Positions 55,440 through 64,000 of a stretch of DNA of 64,000 nucleotides are shown here, piece by piece. The DNA lies in assembly GCA_964016885.1 (NCBI GenBank), contig OZ024740.1, forward strand, positions 377,146,001 to 377,210,000, given 5' to 3'. The stretch comes from Eledone cirrhosa. Taxonomy: Eukaryota. The first letter of the stretch is position 1. Each line of letters opens with the position of its first letter. The position numbers and the translations under genes were made by a program. The notes under the pieces are model-generated. The model saw only the letters and a program-made list of their open reading frames with translations. It made no database searches and was not told the origin of the DNA.

Positions 55440-55770
55440 ATGTGATTTGGAGGACATGAGTGACCCATGCAGCATGTCCACACTCTCCACAATAGTTACC
55501 CATGCAGCATGTCCACACTCTCCACAATACCGTTGGATCCAAAGGAACAGCGAGGCTGCAACATTTTGGCAGCAGCGCTGTCGCAGGAGCTGCCAAAATG
55601 TTGTAATCCACAACTAACTACCTTAGGGGCTCCGACTCCGGATTTTTTTCACAAGGTTTACTCCTGAAGCCTTCAATGTGATTGCATATCACCGCAATGG
55701 GCAGAGTTTTCCTTCTCCTAGATGGACTACCTGCCACGGCTAACGACCTCCATCTGGCCCAACGTGGCAA
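55440..55770. mobile_element. RTE-clade UTR-like fragment with a 38-bp tandem duplication
   Basis: CCTTAGGGGCTCCGACTCCGGATT..GGTTTACTCC..GGGCAGAGTTTTCCTTCTCCTAGATGGACT, recalled from AviRTE-type UTRs; ACCCATGCAGCATGTCCACACTCTCCACAATA occurs twice. Confidence 0.5.
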
Positions 55771-55809
55771 GTAATATTAGGTTCCATGGTAGCCAGTAGC
55801 AAGAAAATC

Positions 55810-56525
55810 CTATATATGCGAGTCATGTCTCACACTCCATGGAAATACACACGAACAAACACTTTCATTATTTTCGAACCACGCCACCTACATCCACGCC
55901 ACATATAAACACAAACACACACGTGCGTATCCACACATACACACACTCAGCCTCCGGACTCCACCGCCCTCTCTCCCCCACCCCTCTAACCCCTCCCCAT
56001 CCACACGCACGCACACACCGACTTACACCCTACCCTATGTACACACCGGTTTCCCTTTTACCTGAACATGGAATCTGGTTCTTACCCCAACTCTCACATT
56101 CACATACACGCGCACACACACGTACACCTACACACATACACAAACATCAGCTTCAGCCCTCCCCGCTTGGACCCCCGCGCCCTCTCCCTCTCCACCCCTC
56201 CACCCACCACCACCCCTACACGCCTCACACACTTTCACCATTTGTTTTTATTTTTATTTTTATTTTTAAAACATTTCCTTTACTCTCTAAAATATATTTT
56301 TCCTCCCTTTCTCCCTACCCCCTTTTTTTAAATATCGTTCCACGACTCCCCCCCCCCCACACACACCCTCGGAACTCTCTTCCTACCCACTTTGCTCCTG
56401 ATGAAGGGCTTATTCCCGAAACGTCGTCCCCCATCCCCCACTCTCAAGCGTGAAACTAATACTAAGATCATTTGTGCTGCCTCTTCGTTTTTCTGTTTTT
56501 TGTTCTCTGTTTATTTAATAAACTA
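55810..56525 (+). mobile_element. PLE 3'UTR plus pseudo-LTR (family G) with HHR core at 56395-56428
   Basis: CACACCCTCGGAAC..CCTGATGAAGGGCTTAT.CCCGAAACGTCGTCCCC..CACTCTCAAGCGTGAA shared with 48053-48143. Confidence 0.7.
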
Positions 56526-56738
56526 TATATATATATGTGTGAGAAAAACCACAGACCCTCCATCTCAATTCTACTTTTGAAAATCAGAAGAACTGCGAAA
56601 TCGGTAAAGAAACCAAATAAATATATATTTAAAAAAAAAAGACTCCAGTTTCATTTGCAATTCCATCTTTTTTACTTAAACTTTCACTCATGTAGGACAG
56701 CTCAGATTTTTTTCATTTTGTAAAAAAAACTCACTTTT

Positions 56739-56792
<54 letters not shown>

Positions 56793-57080
56793 GTGTCTAG
56801 CTGTCGAAACGGCCGGAGCTCAGCCGTCGGGGTCCTGACTCTTTTCCTATATATGTGTGTGTATCAGTAAAAACTGTTAATTGATGAGTACATTACTTAA
56901 AGTTTCGTGTTCATATTAATGTTGTCACCTCTTTACATAATTAAATTACTCATAATGAATGTTGGCACGTGTTCCAACCCTGGGTTTAGGTTAATTAAGT
57001 CCCCCCAAATGTGAATTGAGCTTTTTGTTTAGTGCATTCTTGATGCTATTAACCTCTACACGATACTCAAAAACTCAGCA

Positions 57081-57941
57081 ATGTCCAGTAGTGCTAAGTT
57101 TAACATTCTGATCGCAGATTTGGTACGAGTGATGAAGAATGTGTCCCGCATGTGCGACCCAACAGAAATGGAAAGACACATCCAACACTTCATCAACCGC
57201 ATGCAGTTCTCTGGCTACAACCAAAGAGACAGAGTCAGAGTATACGAAGGAGCCATGGAAAAGTATAAGACCCTCATAGAACTGGACATGAAAGGAACTT
57301 GCCCATTATACAGGAACAAATCATGGAATAGCTTAGATAGGGCTAGACATAAGATAGGGAAAGCCACCTCATGGCACGACAACCAGAGATACCAGAGTGT
57401 CATGTTATTGGACGCTACCTCTGGAGGGAAATTAGCTAACCAGTGTAAAAAGGCCCTGAGAAAGACCCACTTAAAAATAAAGGTGGTAGAAAAGCCAGGA
57501 ACCACCATAAAATCCCTGATCAGCAAAACCTACCCTTTTAAGAAAACCCAATGTATCATTTGTAAGGTGAACCCCCGGATAAACTGTAAAACTAGAAACG
57601 TAGTCTATAGCATAAGATGTACAGAGGGTACTTGCAGAAACATGACAACAACATACATAGGTGAGACAGCTCGTAGCATAGGTGAAAGGATAGACCAACA
57701 CTGGGGGGAACTAAAAGGACGAAAAAACGGGTCAGTACTATGCGAACATGCTAGACAACAACATGACGGTAACATAGACAACATAGAAATTAGAATAATA
57801 TCTAAACATAGAAATGACCCAGCAGATAGGCAAATCAGAGAGGCCAGTGAAATAGAAATTAGAAGACCAAGGCTAAACAGAAAGAATGAATGGAATAACA
57901 ACAACACCCAAACAAACAACACTGACCTAAGAGAAGTATAA
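57081..57941 (+). CDS. PLE thumb plus GIY-YIG endonuclease (5'-truncated, uninterrupted)
   Basis: RMQFSGY..GTCPLYR..KIKVVEKPG..CKTRNVVYSIRC..C..YIGETARSIGERIDQH..EH..RQIREASEI..LNRKNEW. Confidence 0.9.
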   Translation: MSSSAKFNILIADLVRVMKNVSRMCDPTEMERHIQHFINRMQFSGYNQRDRVRVYEGAMEKYKTLIELDMKGTCPLYRNKSWNSLDRARHKIGKATSWHDNQRYQSVMLLDATSGGKLANQCKKALRKTHLKIKVVEKPGTTIKSLISKTYPFKKTQCIICKVNPRINCKTRNVVYSIRCTEGTCRNMTTTYIGETARSIGERIDQHWGELKGRKNGSVLCEHARQQHDGNIDNIEIRIISKHRNDPADRQIREASEIEIRRPRLNRKNEWNNNNTQTNNTDLREV

Positions 57942-58183
57942 ATAAGTAAATAAAATAAAATAAATAAATAAATAAATAAATACATACACAAGCACAATAA
58001 CAACAAGCACATAAACACACACTAGTCACCCATCACACAGCAAACAAAACACTATACACACACGCAAACGCATGCGCAAAGAAGACAAAATAAAATAAAC
58101 AAACAAGCAAATAAATAAATAAATATATAGACAGACTGAATAAAAATGGCGTAGACATACAATACAACAGGAGGAAAATATAA

Positions 58184-58228
58184 CACCACTGACGATGTTG
58201 CAGATGTGCAACGAAAGATTTATGATAA
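58184..58228 (+). ncRNA. Type I hammerhead downstream of the 57081-57941 ORF
   Basis: ACCA-CTGACGA-T-GTTGCA-GATG-TGCAAC-GAAA-GATT-TA-TGAT. Confidence 0.7.
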
Positions 58229-58239
58229 CCTATATATAT

Positions 58240-58435
58240 GTGTTTGTGTCTATATTGTATCTGTATTATTTTTGACCGTCGGTCAGTCAATGGCAACGTT
58301 GAGGACCGAGTAAGTTAGATTACCGATATAAAAGACACAGAAGCGAGAAGCGAAAACCAACCAAACAGTGAGTGTGTTCTGTTATTAATTCTGGCAATAT
58401 TACACAAATATGACCCTCCCCAAGTATAACAATAT
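58240..58435 (+). mobile_element. Pseudo-LTR tail ending in the first ORF codons (MTLPKYNN)
   Basis: Reverse complement of 15712-15900; ends AAGTATAACAATA(TA)n. Confidence 0.75.
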
Positions 58436-58529
58436 ATATATATATATAGTTTATCAGCTTTGTCTACGTGATACAGGTGATATTCCCCACCATCTGACAT
58501 AATTTCAAACTGCATGTAGTGAAGGAGTG

Positions 58530-58577
<48 letters not shown>

Positions 58578-58659
58578 ACTCCATCATTTGTAACATTCAA
58601 TAGATCACTGCACTTACGCTATTAAATAATAGCTTATAGATTATATTAACCAATATAAT

Positions 58660-58732
<73 letters not shown>

Positions 58733-58735
<3 letters not shown>

Positions 58736-59164
58736 TAAAATAAATAAGTCAAATGTTTAAAATTTAGCTTCATTTATTACTGCTATATATATTTCGGTGA
58801 CAGCCATCTTTGGCTGTGACCTCTTCAGGCAGTCCGAATTAGTGTGGTATAGACAAGTACATATGTTGTTGAAATAACAACCCAACCAGGAACTGGGCAT
58901 ATCAGAGTATTGACAAAATTATACACCTCAACAACATATGTACTTGCCTATACCACACTAATTCGGACTGCCTGAAGAGGTCACAGCCAAAGATGGCTGT
59001 CACCGAAATATATATAGCAGTAATAAACGAAGCTAAATTTTAAACATTTGACTTATTTATTTTACTTTATTTTACATTACTCCGGAGTAACCAAACCAAC
59101 CTGCGCACTTCGTCGAGTGCTCCAGCTGCATACTGAGGTGTTGGTATACAACCAACATATACTC

Positions 59165-59167
<3 letters not shown>
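58733..59167 (+). mobile_element. Fold-back pseudo-LTR element (arms 58733-58872 and 58929-59066)
   Basis: Near-perfect inverted arms, one-sided tail, (TA)n flanks. Confidence 0.85.
58967..59021 (+). ncRNA. Type I hammerhead ribozyme, canonical (mirror copy 58779-58833, minus)
   Basis: ACTGC-CTGAAGA-GGT-CACAGCCA-AAGA-TGGCTGT-C-ACC-GAAA-TATATA-TA-GCAGT. Confidence 0.9.
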
Positions 59168-59195
<28 letters not shown>

Positions 59196-59415
59196 GAGGT
59201 GAGTTTTATTGTAGTACAATAAAGCAATGCAGATATCGGATAAGAAGCACTCTACAGTTTGTGGGACTGGAGTATGCATAATATAAGATCAAAAGATGGT
59301 TAAAGGAGTTCAATATATTTTATTATGCGCATTTCAATATATGATATGTTGATATGTTGATTTAAAACTGCACTATCAACAAGTGTTTTTTTACCCTTCA
59401 TATCATGTTCTCCTG

Positions 59416-59482
59416 TTTTATCTGATGAAAACACAAATATTATTGTTTGATGATGTTTGTTTTTGAAATGCGCATAATAAAA
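59416..59482 (+). ncRNA. Type I hammerhead ribozyme, family F (element 59283-59520 with inverted tail copy)
   Basis: TTTTAT-CTGATGA-AAAC-ACAAATATTATT..GATGATGTTTGT-TTTT-GAAA-TGCGCA-TA-ATAAAA; stem II differences from the 12423 copy keep pairing. Confidence 0.8.
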
Positions 59483-59514
59483 TATATTGAACTCCTTTAA
59501 CCATCTTTTGATCT

Positions 59515-59577
<63 letters not shown>

Positions 59578-59580
<3 letters not shown>

Positions 59581-59773
59581 CGAAGGAAATGTTGTAAGGA
59601 ACCAAATGGACCACAACGCACCAAAGTACTCAATACTTAGGGTAGTAGAGTGGGTAATAGGAACAAGTATGACCCCGACGGCAGAGCTCAATCCGTTTCG
59701 ACGGCTAAATCTTATTTGTATAGAATTAGCCGTCGAAATTTATAGAGTTAACCATCGGGATCATACTTGTTCC
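59578..59773 (-). mobile_element. Family B fold-back element
   Basis: Reverse-complement tail plus a diverged inverted arm. Confidence 0.75.
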
Positions 59774-59790
59774 TATATATATATATATAT

Positions 59791-60806
59791 AGGAACGAGT
59801 AGGACCCCGACGGCTGAGCTCAAGCCGTTTCGACGGCTAATTCTGGACTAAATGAAAATTGTTATCCTGGTATTTGAATAGCCGAGCTTCTCAGGGGGTA
59901 ATTCCATATATGGTAAAAGTGATTGTCACAAGGATTGGTCAAAAGTTTGTTGTTGAGACATAATAATTCTATCATTGCAATTTGTGGAGGGAGGGGTAGC
60001 TGAACCTGAGATAGTATTAGTATTATTTTACGGGATTCTGAATTATTATTTCGTATTAGTTTATTTTTTTTAGCACTGGTTGGTTGCTGGCCTTGTGCCT
60101 GGGGTAGAAACCTTTATTTCGTACTGGTCTCGGGACTCTGAATTATTATTTCGTGGTAGTTTCTTTAGTATTTTGGCCCCCCACTTGTTGACCCGTCACC
60201 GTAAGATATATTCGGTTGTTTACTTATACCTCTTAAAAGGGTCTCATTATAATTCCGTCCCACCTATTAAACCTGTCTTTAGTCTAGCAGTACCAGTGAG
60301 AGACTTGATAGCTGTCCTTAGGTTATAGTAACCAGAAACTGTTTTTTTACATTTAATTGTTTTTTAACACTCCCGGTTTTTTCTATATATTTACCCCATA
60401 TTGTTTTACTTATTGTTTCGACTTCCTCCCCCTCCCCCCTAGTATTTTCTTTGACCTCCTGCCCAGCTGTGGTTGGCACTATCAACACACGACTGGGTTT
60501 CATCCACCCCCTCTCCCTCTTTCTTCTACTGGTAGGTTCAGCTAGCCCCTCCCTCCACAAATTGCAATGATAGAATTATTATGTCTCAAGAACAAACTTT
60601 TGACCAATCCTTGTGACAATCACTTTTACCATATATGGAATTACCCCCTGAGAAGCTCGGCTATTCAAATACCAGGATAAAAATGTTCATTTCGTCCAGA
60701 ATTAGCCGTCGGGGTCCTACTCATTCCTATTACCCACTCTACTACCCTAAGTATTGAGTACTTTGGTGCGTTATGGTCCACCTGGTTCCTTACCACATTT
60801 CCTTCG

Positions 60807-60809
<3 letters not shown>
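59791..60809 (+). mobile_element. Longest family B copy: inverted pseudo-LTR (59791-59997), AT-rich spacer, sense pseudo-LTR plus tail
   Basis: 59840-59997 mirrors 60546-60709; the sense copy has a deletion between the two AGCCGTC motifs. Confidence 0.8.
59804..59899 (-). ncRNA. Complete family B hammerhead-like motif with atypical core CUGAGAA
   Basis: ACCCC-CTGAGAA-GCT-CGGCTATTC...GAATTAGCCG-TC-GAAA-CGGCTTGAGCTCAGCCG-TC-GGGGT. Confidence 0.6.
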
Positions 60810-60866
<57 letters not shown>

Positions 60867-60869
<3 letters not shown>

Positions 60870-61003
60870 CCGACGGCTGAGCTCAAGCCGTTTCGACGGC
60901 TAATTCTGGACTAAAAGGGGGCCGACCCTCTACTGATACTGATTTTTAGTCTAGAATTAGCCGTCGAAACGGCTTGAGCTCAGCCGTCGGGGTCCTACTT
61001 GTT
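60867..61003. mobile_element. Family B palindromic fragment with a foreign spacer
   Basis: Arms CCCCGACGG..CTGGACTAAAA / TTTTAGTCTAG..CCGTCGGGG; spacer identical to 61431-61453. Confidence 0.8.
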
Positions 61004-61275
61004 CCTATATATATATATATATATATATTATAGATTATATTGGTTAACTGATAAGCTATTATTTAATAGCGTAAGTGCAGTGATCTATTTAATGTTACAA
61101 ATGATGGAGTATAAATTATTTTTACTGAACAGACTATTTCACATTCTCTTGAATTTTTAAATCTACATTTCAGGTAGGGAAGAAAATCATCTTTATGACA
61201 TTTGGTTCACTTAACGCTACATTTTCTACTCTATCTCCTATTTTTAAACTGATAGCTATTTTTTTATTACTAAAT

Positions 61276-61456
61276 TAATTGTTTCTACTTTTGGCACAAG
61301 GCCAGCAATTACCCAGTACATTACTGGTACTTTATTTTATCGACCCCGTAAGGATGAAAGGCAAAGTTAACCTCGGCGGGATTGGAACTTAGATCATAAA
61401 GGGCCGTCATTCTATGCTGCAAAGCATAGCGGGCCGACCCTCTACTGATACTGCCA
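61276..61456 (-). mobile_element. tRNA-derived SINE
   Basis: CGACCCCGTAAGGATGAAAGGCAAAGTTAACCTCGGCGGGATT. Confidence 0.85.
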
Positions 61457-61923
61457 AAGCAATAATAATCGTAAATATATCGAGATAATGATTAATGTAA
61501 AAAATTTGATTCTTTGCCGAAACACCGTTACAAAATGCCTCACATCTATTTAATTGTCAATTTATATATTAATGACTCCACACATGAACACTAACATCTT
61601 CACATGCTATTTTTAGTATCTTAGGTGAAAACAAAAAAAAACATGGCTATCGTAAATGGATTTTTCGTTCTATTACCATCTTTCATGTTACGGAAAATTT
61701 ATTATATGGGAAATAAGCTATTTTAGCCAGTCGGTAATTGGGAACTCCCCAATAATCATCGATCGGAATATCCGCAACAATTCACAAATTCCGATATTTA
61801 GTTTTCAAATGCAGTTCTTATTTAAATATACACACTCTACTTTATTTATCGAGTACACACAAACACACACACACATACATACATACATACATACATACAT
61901 ACATACATACATACATACATACA

Positions 61924-61956
<33 letters not shown>

Positions 61957-61957
61957 G

Positions 61958-62486
61958 ATGGCTGCCCCCTCGTTATCGAATACGGCCATTGCACGATATA
62001 CCATTATTAATAATTATTAATTAATTCAATCGTGCAATGCCTGTACGTGAAGATACTTTTTAAATGAGTAAAGACTGTGTACTGAGCCAATCCCACTCTC
62101 TGAACGACAGTAGCGATAACCCGAAAAGAAGAGAAGATCAACATCATCGGTAACTACTGAGCCGCAGGTTTTATACCGGAGTTATCCCAGTTTCCTGAGT
62201 TGGCTTCTCCTAGACGGATGCCCTGACAAGGCTATAGGTCCTTCACTCCTAGTGGTTTAACCGCGCGATACATATGTACATGTATATATACATATTTACA
62301 CACTTTTGGATGGCTGCTGACTCTTATGAGTTCTTCCGCCTTTTGTCAGGTTTTGTTTTTTGGTGTCCAAAACCACCCTCCTCACCAAGTAAACTTGGTG
62401 GGGTTGCCGGTTTAGTCGCCGACGACCGACCATGCGACAGGTTGTACTGGGTTACATGTTACCAGTAGCACTCAAAGAGTGACCCA
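61958..62486. mobile_element. Dispersed repeat homologous to 3465-4090 (RTE-related?)
   Basis: See 3465-4090; preceded by (ACAT)n and followed by (TG)n. Confidence 0.55.
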
Positions 62487-62501
62487 ACATACATACATGC
62501 A

Positions 62502-62594
<93 letters not shown>

Positions 62595-62704
62595 TTTGAA
62601 ATGTGCGCATCCATATGCAATTGGCCCTAATAGCAGTTGATCACTATCATTCATAGATGAGAAAATCTTATAAGGTACCATTAGAGATAGCGTAAAGTGA
62701 ACCA

Positions 62705-62778
62705 TGACGCCTCCGAGGAATCGAACCCCACATCTCTCATGTGCCAAGTGAGAGCGTTGGCCACTACGCTTAACAGTC
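62705..62778 (-). pseudogene. tRNA-like sequence (pseudo-tRNA or SINE head, GGC at the anticodon position)
   Basis: GACTGTT-AA-GCGT-AGTGGCCA-ACGC-T-CTCAC-TTGGCAC-ATGAG-AGATG-TGGGG-TTCGATT-CCTCG-GAGGCGTCA; acceptor stem poorly paired. Confidence 0.6.
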
Positions 62779-62984
62779 TCTTGCCACTAATTCTGTCTTT
62801 TTTGAAGATTTTAAAATCGTAGCTAAAAGTGAAAGCAAAGCTTATTTATTTAATCAATTTAAACGCCTGCATAGGGCTAGTAAGCCATGACATACTAGGG
62901 GAAATGTCTTGTACTTCTTACAGCTGAGAACCTTAGAACAAGATAAACAGAGATACGTGAATATAAAAATTAAATTGAAAATTA

Positions 62985-63175
62985 AATAATTGTTTCTATT
63001 TTTGGCACAAGGCCAGCAATTATCCCAGAGTGTTACTGGTACTTTATTTTATCGACCCCGTAAGGATGAAACGCAAAGTTAACGTCGGCGGTATTTGACC
63101 TCAAAACGTAAAGGGCCATAACTCTGCGATGTAAAGCATGGTTTCTGACGCTCTACCGATACTGCCAATTCTCCA
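62985..63175 (-). mobile_element. tRNA-derived SINE
   Basis: Same family as 61276-61456. Confidence 0.85.
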
Positions 63176-63658
63176 TTAAATAATGAAATAAAATTTAAAT
63201 AGAGAAGGCCAAATGAAGGCTAAATAAGCATAAAAAAAGATAAAGTAAAATGGAAAGCAGGGGAAGCTTGTTGTTGAATCTTTTCGTAACCTTCCTGTAC
63301 TCAAACATTTCTAAATATTTGGCAGGTATTACAATATATTGTATCTCTAATCTTGATTCATTTTTAATGATCGGCTTCAAGATGTCCTCTCCCTCTCAGA
63401 CTGATAGTTTTTACATTGGCACAAATAGTGCCAAAATGTTTCTGGGAAGTCACCACAAACATTGTAATTGAGAAAATTAGATGAAGTTCCTATTAGACGG
63501 GGAAAAAGTGAACAGAAGTGCCTACTAAGAATGGAACCACGCATCTCTCGGATGCCAGGCGAGTGCATTAGATTTTAAGACTGTAGCTAAGATTGTAAAC
63601 AAAGCAGTTGACTTACGAAAAACTGAGAATATTTTTACCCGGTTTCATTATTTATAAA

Positions 63659-63878
63659 GCCGGTGGATTGGCAGCATCGGTAGAGGGTCGGACGCCATGC
63701 TTTGCAGCATAGAGTTAAGGCCTTTTATGATCTGAGTTCAAATCCCGGCGAGGATAACTTTGCCTTTCATCCTTACGGGGTCGATAAAATAAAGTACCAG
63801 TCACACACTGGGATCGATTTAATCGACTTTCCCCTCCTCCAAAATGGCTGGCCTTGTGTCTATATAAGAAGTCATTAT
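63659..63878 (+). mobile_element. tRNA-derived SINE, near full length
   Basis: TGGCAGCATCGG A-box-like, GAGTTCAAATCC B-box, GCCTTTCATCCTTACGGGGTCGATAAAATAAAGTACCAG central block, GCTGGCCTTGTG tail. Confidence 0.85.
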
Positions 63879-64000
63879 TTACAATATTCAACTAATATTT
63901 GATCATTTGCGTTTGGATACACACATTTGAAATATTATTTTCCCAATGGTTTTGATAGCAGTCCGAGGACATCATCCATAATAACAATCATATTATTAAT

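Larger units (their letters stand above)
58570..61116. repeat. About 95-bp inverted repeat pair (58570-58665, 61025-61116) bracketing nested insertions
   Basis: AATTTATACTCCATCATTTGTAACATT..GATCACTGCACTTACGCTATTAAATAATAGCTTAT is mirrored at about 61049-61117. Confidence 0.8.

Overview
AT-rich, microsatellite-rich eukaryotic DNA. It is most likely from an octopus-like cephalopod; this is inferred from the tRNA-derived SINE family and the (TA)n load. No host protein-coding gene can be supported, and most listed ORFs are translations of (TA)n/(CA)n tracts. The window is dominated by Penelope-like retroelements (PLEs) and their non-coding derivatives, nearly all inserted into (TA)n microsatellites. 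These include one near-complete but disrupted RT+GIY-YIG element with direct pseudo-LTRs (4236-9403), six 3' fragments carrying GIY-YIG, and many pseudo-LTR-only or fold-back (palindromic) insertions, the largest about 2.8 kb. Manual folding finds about 30 type-I hammerhead ribozyme (HHR) motifs from roughly 15 sequence families, most with a palindromic stem III. Several have non-canonical catalytic cores that recur in unrelated families (CCGUYGA twice, CAGAMGA twice, CUGAGAA). Two families are short, ORF-less, tandem or circularly permuted HHR monomers (about 428 and 364 nt) that look like retrozymes. Also present are a decayed mariner, a hAT MITE with a perfect 8-bp TSD, a non-autonomous Helitron, CR1-like and Ingi/Vingi-like RT fragments, RTE-related repeats, tRNA-derived SINEs and a 17-bp minisatellite. 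All structures were read by eye, so coordinates of degenerate elements are approximate.
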